Virus record (IMG/VR): IMGVR_UViG_3300037470_000577
Span: 1 to 64,000 of that record
DNA: 64,000 nucleotides
Source: a virus
Taxonomy: Duplodnaviria; Caudoviricetes
Direction: 5' to 3' (one strand)
This document shows, in pieces, positions 30,264 to 39,111 of this stretch. The notes under the pieces were generated by a model. That model was not told the origin of the DNA, searched no databases, and saw only the letters and a list, made by a program, of their open reading frames with translations. The first letter of the stretch is position 1, and the number at the start of each line of letters is the position of its first letter. Made by a program: the position numbers and the translations under genes.

Positions 30264-30686
30264 ATGAGCTTGTACAATATGGTATTTGGATTTAATGCGG
30301 CAGTATTGTGGTGTTTGCCGATGCTTGGCAAACATCCAGACGAATATCCCCGTTTTCGAGATTGTTTCCTGGGTGACGAAGCATATCCAGAGTACAACGG
30401 GCATATTCACGTTTACACCAGAACCGGAGGCGGAAATAGAGAGGGCTACGAAGCAGAGAATCAGGCCATGCGAGATATGACCGGCTTTGTCACCGACTTT
30501 GATGATGACTTTGATTCCACTTTTGCCTCATGGGTTTTCGAGGTTCCTGAAAAATGGAAGGCCGACTTCGCCTTGATAGTTACCAACCGACAGAAAGAAA
30601 TCAGCCCGGCCTATCGTGAACAAATGAAAAGCGTGTATCCGAAACTGGCCGAGCGTATTGATCAGCTATTTGAGGACGGTGAATAA
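30264..30686 (+). CDS. conserved phage hypothetical protein
   Basis: MSLYNMVFG...RFRDC...IHVYTRTGGGNR...DDDFDST.A motif. Confidence 0.65.
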   Translation: MSLYNMVFGFNAAVLWCLPMLGKHPDEYPRFRDCFLGDEAYPEYNGHIHVYTRTGGGNREGYEAENQAMRDMTGFVTDFDDDFDSTFASWVFEVPEKWKADFALIVTNRQKEISPAYREQMKSVYPKLAERIDQLFEDGE

Positions 30687-31336
30687 TGCCATTACGAAAA
30701 AGACTTTCTTACAGCACTATCCAACGAATCGGTATCCTGGCCCTTATGGGAGCGGCCCTGGCCTTTGGCGGGCAGTTGGCTTACGGCTGGTCGCTGGGCG
30801 AAACCCAAAGCATCATGGCCTTAGTCGTTGGCCCCCAATGGGCTGAGACTGCGGCCTGGCTGGTAACGTTTGGCCCGCAGCCGCTGCTCATCATCTCTTC
30901 CTCGACCAGGGAGGGCAAGCTCCGTCTGTTCAGTATCTCAGGACTAACGCTCCTGGCTGGGTTTGCCTTGAATTTCACCGACATGGCAACCAATATTGCT
31001 GCGTTTGTTGAATCATTTAACGGCGGTGAGGCTTCGTCCGACTTTGTGCGCTACATCGCCTTTGGCATTGGCGTTCTTATGTGCATCGGCATTACCTGGT
31101 ACGAGGAAATTGGGCTGCTCATTATTGCCAAAGCCTTTGACCTGGTACGGCAGATTTTGGCAGATATGAGTAAGTCCGCCCCAAAATGGTTCGCCTGGGA
31201 CCTGGCAATCGACTTGGCCGGAGCCGCTTCCAACGGCAATATCTTGTCCGAGCCGAAGCCACAGCCCCGCCAGGAACGACAGCCACAAGGCGGCAACGGC
31301 CACCGTCCAGAAAACAGGCGAGAGAGACAGCCATAG
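30686..31336 (+). CDS. multi-pass membrane protein
   Basis: Four or five hydrophobic helices; Q/R-rich tail. Confidence 0.65.
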   Translation: MPLRKRLSYSTIQRIGILALMGAALAFGGQLAYGWSLGETQSIMALVVGPQWAETAAWLVTFGPQPLLIISSSTREGKLRLFSISGLTLLAGFALNFTDMATNIAAFVESFNGGEASSDFVRYIAFGIGVLMCIGITWYEEIGLLIIAKAFDLVRQILADMSKSAPKWFAWDLAIDLAGAASNGNILSEPKPQPRQERQPQGGNGHRPENRRERQP

Positions 31337-31402
31337 CTACCCTATGGGCCATCACGCTATTGGCGGTGATGGCCCTACTTAAACTGATAGGAGTATTTTA
31401 AT

Positions 31403-34400
31403 ATGGACATATCTACCCAACGAGTGTACTGGCACTGGTATGCTCAGACAGGAGAGGACGAGGCGCTGGCCCATGTGTTGGCCGACCGCGCCTTCCGCTA
31501 TCCCAATGAGGAGTACCTGGCGGCTAAAACATTATTTGGCGGCGGCATCTTAGCCGGAAGCATTGTGGTGGAGAGCGAGCCGGAGTACGTGCTGCATAGA
31601 GGGCACGAGCCGTTCTGTGCTGGCAGCGAATCAACTTTGCTGCATCTCCTGGACGGTCTGCGCGAACAGCGACACGAGTGGTCTGTTGGACCGGGTCGGA
31701 TTGTGGCTTGCGATATTGTGGTACGGCTCATGGGCGGGCATGAGGTTCAGACGCCATCGGCCAGAGCGGTACTGCACATGCACCACATGGTTGGAAAGCA
31801 GCGCCTTCAATCCTTTACTGCCCATGCGTTACGACGATGAGTTATAGAAAGCGGGCGCTCATCATGACAATAGCAGGAGGGTTACTTGCTATCGGGATAC
31901 TTATATGGATTACATAAACTTCACAAACAGTGAAGCCTTCACGCCGCGTGAACTTTGTCCGCGCTGCCGAAAGGAAGTCGGAACGGTCAATATACTCGTT
32001 CCCAATGCTGGCACTCGTCCAGAATTGTACGGGATGCCCTTGTGGTGGCGGCGGTTCAAAGTTTGTCGGGAGTGCTATCACACGGTTATCTTGGGGCGCG
32101 AATCGGCCGAGCCTTACCCGGATTGGCTGCTGCCTTATGTTGTGGCCGAGACGGTCTATACCTGTCTTGGCATTTACATCACGCCCGAACACGCAATGCG
32201 GGAGATAGCATATTTAGAAGAACTGGCTTGTGAATAGGAGAAATGAACGATGGGAAGCAGCAAACCATGCCCAGGCTGTGGAGAAATAAATAGCAGTCGA
32301 AAATCAACAGAAGTTTGCCGGGATTGCCGGGAAAAACTTGACCTGTACGGTGAACTAAATAAAGAGTTTGAGAAAACCACTCTGGATAAAATAACTTTTA
32401 AGATTGGAGAGCAGGCGCACTGGAACCGGTATTTTCCAGTGAATTATCCGCGCTATGAAGATAGGGCAATAGGCCAGAATCTAAGAGATGTTATTTTCAA
32501 TGTTTGTATTGCTGGTTCAATTCGTGTTTCAAGAGACGGTTGGGGTAATGCTCCTCATATAATGAGTAGCAAAACCCATCACGGTGGAGCCGTTCTGAGG
32601 GCAAGCTCCCAAGAGTTCTTTGATTCTATTCAGAACTTAATGGAAGTCGTCCAAAGAGCGGTTGATTTGTCGTATGAAGCAGGACGGCAGGACGGTCAAA
32701 GATTTCTGGTTGACATTGCAGAGGGTAAGAAGTCAATCCAGGATTACAATGATAGTTTAGTCAGGTAAAGACGCCCGTCCTCCCCGCCTGATTTTGTTGG
32801 GTGTTTGGGGAAAGTGTGGTTAGAAGGAGAATAAACGATGATTGACAATTTTAATGACCGTGTGTTAAGCAGGGCGGGGGATGCTGATGCCTTCGCAATG
32901 GGGGTCGGCATGTTTCACGAATTGCTAGTCCTGGAAGTTATGAACGAGAAGATGCACGGGCCAGAGACCTGCCCATTCTGCGGTGAGTACCCTTACGAAA
33001 TTGTTGCCGCCCAACGAGTCATCAACTGCTGTCGGGCCGGAGATATGTACCTCTCTGGTCGGGCAACGGCAGAGGTGGCCCAGGCGGTGTACGATAACCC
33101 TAACCTTTTCCGGTGCTGGAGTTGCCGGGAATGGGTTGAATACGGCGCAGAGGAAGTATGTCCGAAATGCGGCAAGGATGAGATTCCGTTTTGAAGCGGA
33201 AGCGGAAGTTGCCCACCTACTGTACTAAAGTAAAGATTAGGGATGAGAACACGGCTATGGATGTCGTGGTGCGGCTGCGTTCTCAGGGCATACCTATCCG
33301 CCGTTATTATTACTGCCGTCTGTGCCACGCCTATCACGTAACAAGGAAGGAGAGACTGTGAACGAAATCGGATGCTGGATGTGTGATGGATGGGGTTACA
33401 TTCACCCACTAGACACGGGAGAAAATAGCCATAACGGGAAACCGCCATTCAAGCGAGAAGATCCCGTTTATGTTTGGGCAGCCAGCCGAGGGACTCACTG
33501 GCCTGGTGATGTCCAGTGTCCTGTTTGCCAGGGCGACGGAAAGTCCGTTCCATTTAATAGCGCATACTCAGGAGATGTCCTACTTCTTGAATCGGAGATT
33601 TGGTGATGTTTGACTGTTGTGATGTCTGCGGTCATCTCCTCTCCCGTTGTGCCTGTCCTGCTTGCTGGCGGTGCGGGGAGAGGGGTAAGCTATCTTGTGA
33701 GACTAATCACCGCCTCAGCGTCTATCTGGAGGCTGTAGAGGCTGTTCTGGCAGCGCATGGTGGCAACTCTCAGGCGGCTGCTGACACATTGGGGATTAAC
33801 AACACCCACCTCTACATCGACCGCCGAAAATTGCAGAAGAAATACATCTCGCCCACCTTGAAGCGAGCGTTGTACCGGATGGGATACATGCGGATAAAGC
33901 GCCAGCGTTTTCGGTTGGCGGCGGAGTGGGGGGATGAGGGGCAGAGGCAGGCATTTATTGAGCAGGTGTTGGATGGCAAGAGTTTTACTGAGTGGGTAAC
34001 GGAGAAAAGCTATGAGTGAGGAAATTGTATTGGTCGAATTTTACAAACGGAGACCGTTCAGCGCATTGGTGCTGACCGATCAGGGCGACATTGTTGACTA
34101 CGATATTGATTACAGCCGCCTTGATGGAGAGTTCTATTACGATTGGGCAGGGGGGTGTTCCGAGCCAGCCAAGCGTACATTCTATGACGGCGAAACCTAT
34201 TGGTTAAACCCCAGGCACGAGGATAAGGTGGTTGTCACTGGCGGTCGGCGGATAAAGAGTAGTAAGTATGCCGTTCTTCCTGAGGAATACGGTTGGGAGG
34301 ACGATGTAATATGGTGTGAAATTTGCATGGATGTTAGGTCTATGGGAGATATAGGTCAGCCCTGTGATCATATTACGTGGTGTAACGAGTGCGGAGATTA

Positions 34401-34455
34401 CAAAACGCAAAACGAGGACAACTATTGCGATCACGATTTATCGGAACAGTGGTAA
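31403..34455 (+). CDS. run of hypothetical, often Cys-rich ORFs (31403-31840, 31905-32237, 32250-32768, 32838-33194, about 33358-33606, 33600-34019, 34012-34455)
   Basis: + strand ORFs with RBS; several CxxC pairs; 33358-33606 has two CxxCxGxG motifs. Confidence 0.55.
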
Positions 34456-34470
34456 TGGAGAAAGGAGAAT

Positions 34471-35031
34471 GTGATGAGTAAGGAACTGATTGAGTGGGCA
34501 ATGCAGCCCACCGAATATCACCCAGGATTAATTAATGACGGCGACAGGGCAATTGTTGTCGCCAATAAGCAGAGGGACATTAACTACCGCTTTCTCGACG
34601 CTGGACCTTTGAACAAGGAGTTTATCGTATTGCGTATTGACCCTGTTGTTGAGGCGATTGACTTGTCGGTTATCTTTGGTTTGTACGAATACGACGAGGG
34701 ATTGTGGGCCACGAAAGTAGGAGGTCCCTGGAGCGATTCGCCTGATTGGGTTATTGTCCGAGGCGGCCATATAGACACTCAGGCGGATTGGATTCGCACT
34801 ATCCAAAAGCAGTGTGCTGCCGCCGCTACACCCTTTTACTTTGCTGGGTGGGGCGAATGGTGTCCAGCGCGACCGTCCTTCCTTATGCAGAACGGCGAAA
34901 CGATTACTGCCGCCGAATACGCCCGTATGGGACACCATATCTATCCAGGCCGCGCTTCGTTCCGGGTTGGAGCAGAACGGGCCGGTTGTCTGTTAGATGG
35001 TACGGAATATAAGGAGTTACCCAATGAGTAA
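34471..35031 (+). CDS. Gp37Gp68/DUF5131-like protein, C-terminal half only
   Basis: DWVIV.GG......DWIR.I..QC.AA..PF.F..WGEW.P and VG...AG.LLDG.EY.ELP; no N-terminal Cys cluster. Confidence 0.7.
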   Translation: MMSKELIEWAMQPTEYHPGLINDGDRAIVVANKQRDINYRFLDAGPLNKEFIVLRIDPVVEAIDLSVIFGLYEYDEGLWATKVGGPWSDSPDWVIVRGGHIDTQADWIRTIQKQCAAAATPFYFAGWGEWCPARPSFLMQNGETITAAEYARMGHHIYPGRASFRVGAERAGCLLDGTEYKELPNE

Positions 35032-35775
35032 CGGGCCAAGAGACTTTGAATACATCTCGCTTGATGATTACATCGAACTTTACAGAGATGAACGTAGCGA
35101 CGAGGAACTTCTGGAACTACGAAGCGACCTAGCTCATTACCGCCAGTTGCACTTCGCTGGAACCAAGTGTGATGTTTGCGATGGAGAGATATGGATTATT
35201 GGCAGTGCGGCTTGCGGGTGGCCGGGTTGCTTCCCCTGTATTGCGGGAGAGGCCGATGCCTCGGAGGACTATGAAATCTTGTGAAACAACTAACCTGGTT
35301 TGATACTTCATCCCGCGCCGGGCAAGACGCTATCTGTTCCTGGTGCGATTACCCTATCGAGGACACACCGGTTCGCATGACCAACGGCGAGTTGGAACTG
35401 CGCTTCCATAGCGAGTGTCTGACCGAAGCGTCCTATATCTTCATCGACGATTCGCCCCGGCGCGGGGCCATACTACCTTATCGACGTTCGCACAATCCCC
35501 ACATCGCAGGACTTATGCCGTTTCGCTGGCAGGACAGCCGGGTTTACTCTATGGCGATACGGCAGTATCTTGACCATAGAACCATCCACACCGACCTGGT
35601 TCCTGATGCGCTGGAGGCTGTGATTGCCTATATGAACCACTATATCTTTGCCTCGTGCTGGACTAAGACGCCGAAGCTGTTGAACTTGCGGCTGCGGGCC
35701 GATGCGCTGGCAACGGTAGAGGATATTGACGCCTTTATTAAGGCATGTTTGGAAATTGGGGTAGACCCCTTGTAG
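35024..35775 (+). CDS. two Cys-containing hypothetical ORFs (35024-35284, 35281-35775)
   Basis: Coupled ORFs. Confidence 0.55.
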
Positions 35776-35783
35776 GGGAGGAG

Positions 35784-35842
35784 TGATACAATCTTATTAC
35801 TATTAAAAAATAATTATCTTTAAGGGATAATTATTTTTTTAA
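35784..35842 (+). promoter_or_regulatory. extended -10 promoter followed by conserved-loop hairpin copy 3
   Basis: TGATACAAT (35784-35792), then AAAAAATAATTATC-TTTAAGG-GATAATTATTTTTT (35805-35839). Confidence 0.75.
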
Positions 35843-35855
35843 CTGGAGAAGAATC

Positions 35856-36677
35856 ATGATCCACGTTTGCTCCTTTTCAACTGGACTTTCATCGGGCCTA
35901 ATGACAGAGAGAGTTCTAGGGAAGCATGGAGCCGATTCTACAAGGGTTGTTTTCATGGATACCACGATAGAGCATGAGGATAACTACCGCTTCTTGAATG
36001 ATATGGAACGGCGCTGGCAAGATGTTTATGGGTTGGGGGGGATAGAGATTCTGCGTGAGGGTCGTTCGCCTTACGAGGTGGCTGATGACCACCACATTGT
36101 CGCCAACCAGCGAACGGCTCCATGCACCAAGGAGTTGAAGATTTGGCCGTTTATGGAATGGTTGAAACGACAATCTTTCCAGCCCGTCATTCATATCGGG
36201 ATAGATTACTCCGAGGTTCATCGCAAGAAAGCAATCTTGCGAAACTACACGAAGGCAGGTTACGAGGTTGACTTCCCCCTTCTTTGGAAACCAATTGAGC
36301 ATCGTTCATACTCTCTTGTTTGCCGGGAAGATTGGGGTATAAAGCCACCAGTGACCTACGCAATGGGGTTCTCTCATGCCAATTGTTTGGGGCAGGATGA
36401 GCAGGGCAGGGGGGGGTGTGTCAAGTTTGGAATAGGGGATAGGGTGCGCCAGTATATCCACATGCCCGACATTGCCCTGGCGACGGCCCAGTGGGAGTTG
36501 AACAGTCCAGGTTATACCAAAGGGGGATACACTATGCTGCGTGACCAGAGCGGGGGCAAGGTTTCGGCCAGAACATTGCAAAGCGTTATTGATGAGTACG
36601 ACGGCAATCCACCCAGTCTATTTGACACTGCCTGTATTCAGTGCGGGATTGGCGATTTTATAGGAGAAGAAGAATGA
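35856..36677 (+). CDS. PAPS-reductase-like PP-loop protein
   Basis: SFSTGLSS PP-loop, DT..EHEDNYRF, PCTKELK, IGID..E..R and GFSHANC.....GCVK. Confidence 0.7.
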   Translation: MIHVCSFSTGLSSGLMTERVLGKHGADSTRVVFMDTTIEHEDNYRFLNDMERRWQDVYGLGGIEILREGRSPYEVADDHHIVANQRTAPCTKELKIWPFMEWLKRQSFQPVIHIGIDYSEVHRKKAILRNYTKAGYEVDFPLLWKPIEHRSYSLVCREDWGIKPPVTYAMGFSHANCLGQDEQGRGGCVKFGIGDRVRQYIHMPDIALATAQWELNSPGYTKGGYTMLRDQSGGKVSARTLQSVIDEYDGNPPSLFDTACIQCGIGDFIGEEE

Positions 36678-37174
36678 TTCAAATTTTAGGCAGTATCTTA
36701 ACCCTCTGTTCTTTCGTGTCTGGCCCCATTGACAACTGCGTTCCTGATCCACCGGAGGATTGGCGAGATGCCAGGCTGGTGGTGACGGTTTATGACCCGC
36801 TCCACAACCCCTATCTGCCCGACGAGGATAACGTTAACTGCGATGATGACTGTTCTAGCCTGGCCCTGACTGCAATGGACGAGGCATTGTACGGTCATGC
36901 CGCTTCATGCCCATGGCCTGCCTGGGATTTCGGCTACGTCAACACCATTGTCGTGGCCCATCCCGCTATTGGCGAACGGGTCTGTCTTGACACGGGCGGG
37001 GCCATTAACTGCGAGTACGGGCTGTTTGGCGGGGAATGGCAGTGGATATGCCGGTTGGACATTCTTGAAGATTTAAGCGGCGGCGTTCACCCGGCTAATG
37101 GCTGGCTGTTAGATGGCTGGAATTGGTGGTGGGTTGGAACGCAGGGCGCGATAAGAAATTTAGTAGGAGAGTAA
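36674..37174 (+). CDS. secreted 3D/RlpA-like double-psi beta-barrel protein (candidate peptidoglycan lytic enzyme)
   Basis: N-terminal hydrophobic signal; VTVYD...AASCP.....G.......G.RVCLDTGGAI....LDI. Confidence 0.5.
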   Translation: MIQILGSILTLCSFVSGPIDNCVPDPPEDWRDARLVVTVYDPLHNPYLPDEDNVNCDDDCSSLALTAMDEALYGHAASCPWPAWDFGYVNTIVVAHPAIGERVCLDTGGAINCEYGLFGGEWQWICRLDILEDLSGGVHPANGWLLDGWNWWWVGTQGAIRNLVGE

Positions 37175-37175
37175 A

Positions 37176-37671
37176 ATGTTTACATTAACCATTGAAGAAC
37201 TGGAGGGAGAATCGATTTCGGATTTGACGAATGCCCTTGAGAGAATTATAGAACTGTTGAATACGGGCTATGTGGCAGCCTACGAACCATCATTTCAATT
37301 ATCTGGAGATGAGGAGGAGGAGTAAAATGTTTACATTAGAAGAATTAGAGACCGAAGTGCGGCGATTGGCAGAAGAGAACCCGGAGTTTGCGTATGAGAG
37401 AATTGCCTCCTCGTGCTACTACACAAAAGGCGGCGACCAAAATAGTCCGGGCTGCATTATGGGCCGGGCGTTGACGAAGTTAGACCCTGACATTGTGCCA
37501 TTCTTGCGGATGATAGACGCTTCACCCATTAACATCGACGGCGTATTGGATAAGTTGGGCCTTACCGTCAGCAGCTATTGGTTCAGTCGCGTCCAATACA
37601 AGCAGGACAGTGGCACTCCCTGGGCAGAGTGCGTGGCCTACGCTGATGCCAAGCGGGAAGAGGCAGCCTAG
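37176..37671 (+). CDS. two hypothetical ORFs with duplicated starts (37176-37325, 37327-37671)
   Basis: Both preceded by GAGTAAAATGTTTACATTA. Confidence 0.6.
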
Positions 37672-38183
37672 CTCATTGCCGCGCCGCCACGAATGCCGTA
37701 CCAGACCGTCCCACCGTCGTTGGTGATGAAGGTAACGACATCTAAACCAGCGGCAGTCCAGGAAGGTTCTGAGCCGCCAGGCCAGACCACACCGGAAAAC
37801 CAGTTGATGGTCTGACTTCCACCGTTCGTCAAATATATTCTAAATTGGTGTTCTGTACCGGCAGGCAAAATATTGTCCAGCGTATAGGTTACGGCCGAAG
37901 TCGAGACGGTAATGTTGACCGAGTTGCCAAGCGCCAGGTCAATCAACTGCGCTCCGCCGCCATGATCGCCTATGTCATTAACCTTATGCAGCCCGCCGCC
38001 CATCAGAAACTCCCAGGTTGGGGTAATGGCTGTCAGCCGCCAGTAAGAGCCATTATCTACCTGATGGGCCACCTTACCCAGGTCGGCAACGGCAACGCCA
38101 GTGTCGGCTTCCCGCTCGGCTGTGTCGGTATAAGACCAATTTTCAACTATGTGATTGGCGGTTAGCGCCGAGTGTCTGCTCAT
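37668..38183 (-). CDS. tail fibre/tip accessory protein
   Basis: Last gene of the tail operon; IDL..GN..........T.T...(WFSGVVWPGGSEPSWT..G.DV.TF) fibre C-terminal-type motif. Confidence 0.6.
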   Translation of the reverse strand: MSRHSALTANHIVENWSYTDTAEREADTGVAVADLGKVAHQVDNGSYWRLTAITPTWEFLMGGGLHKVNDIGDHGGGAQLIDLALGNSVNITVSTSAVTYTLDNILPAGTEHQFRIYLTNGGSQTINWFSGVVWPGGSEPSWTAAGLDVVTFITNDGGTVWYGIRGGAAMS

Positions 38184-38184
38184 A

Positions 38185-39111
38185 TCATCCTTCCATTACC
38201 AGCGTCCAGTTCGATTCGTCCACCACAATTGTACCACCGGTCTCGTCAATGACAGGTTTTTCGGGGGTGAAGGCGCTGGTCGTCAGCGCGAATAGTATCT
38301 GGCCTGCCGATTCGGGTACTTGCGTGCCCGAACCGGAGCTAAGGAATGGCCTGGCGTCCACATAATCATCCACCATCGAGAGTGTGGTCTGTCCATTAGC
38401 CAGTGTGAAAAAGGCGGAGGGGATAGCGTTGGCTGGAACGTCTGGTGGAACCGGGTCGCTGGTATCGGCAATCTCGGCCCCGGCCGAAACCATAGTGGTT
38501 GTCGTTACCTTATCTAAATAGATTAAGATGGCGTGATGGTTCGAGGGCGTCGCCGGAACATAAGGCGACAAGTCCAGCGTTGTTCCACCAAAGGTATAAA
38601 TAGTTTCCCCGTGTAGATAGATAAGTGGTCTGACTGTAATCAACAGGCCGCTTGACGCCTCTGATTTCAGCATGTCGATGGCGGGCTGGTAAATACGTAC
38701 AGGGTCTTTTCCCGGCGCACTCTCAGAAGGAACCTGATGGTTTTTGCCGTGAATGCTGACCCGGAAAGAGGCGGGCGAGCCACCTTGATTTGGGGCTAAG
38801 TCGCTGGTGTAGAGGTCGATGATTTCCCAGGGGAAGGGGCGCTGGGGAGCGTAGGCCAGTTGAACCGGAGTCTGGTCTATGAGGGCAAAGCCTTTGTTGT
38901 ATGCCGGATAACGGGAACCGGCAATGCCCCAGGTCGATACCCATACGTAGCCTGGTTGGTTGGGAACATCGATACTGCCGTTTAAGGCGTTGACATAGGC
39001 AACGGCAATGACCCGACTGGCGGCAAACGCCTCTTCGCGCTCGCGCTGACGCCTTGCCGCCTCGCGCTGCATGAATTGCAGGTTAACGGGAATGTTTTTG
39101 TTGTCAGCCAC
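38185..39111 (-). CDS. minor tail protein
   Basis: Position in the tail-tip module; 308 aa, beta-rich. Confidence 0.55.
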   Translation of the reverse strand: MADNKNIPVNLQFMQREAARRQREREEAFAASRVIAVAYVNALNGSIDVPNQPGYVWVSTWGIAGSRYPAYNKGFALIDQTPVQLAYAPQRPFPWEIIDLYTSDLAPNQGGSPASFRVSIHGKNHQVPSESAPGKDPVRIYQPAIDMLKSEASSGLLITVRPLIYLHGETIYTFGGTTLDLSPYVPATPSNHHAILIYLDKVTTTTMVSAGAEIADTSDPVPPDVPANAIPSAFFTLANGQTTLSMVDDYVDARPFLSSGSGTQVPESAGQILFALTTSAFTPEKPVIDETGGTIVVDESNWTLVMEG

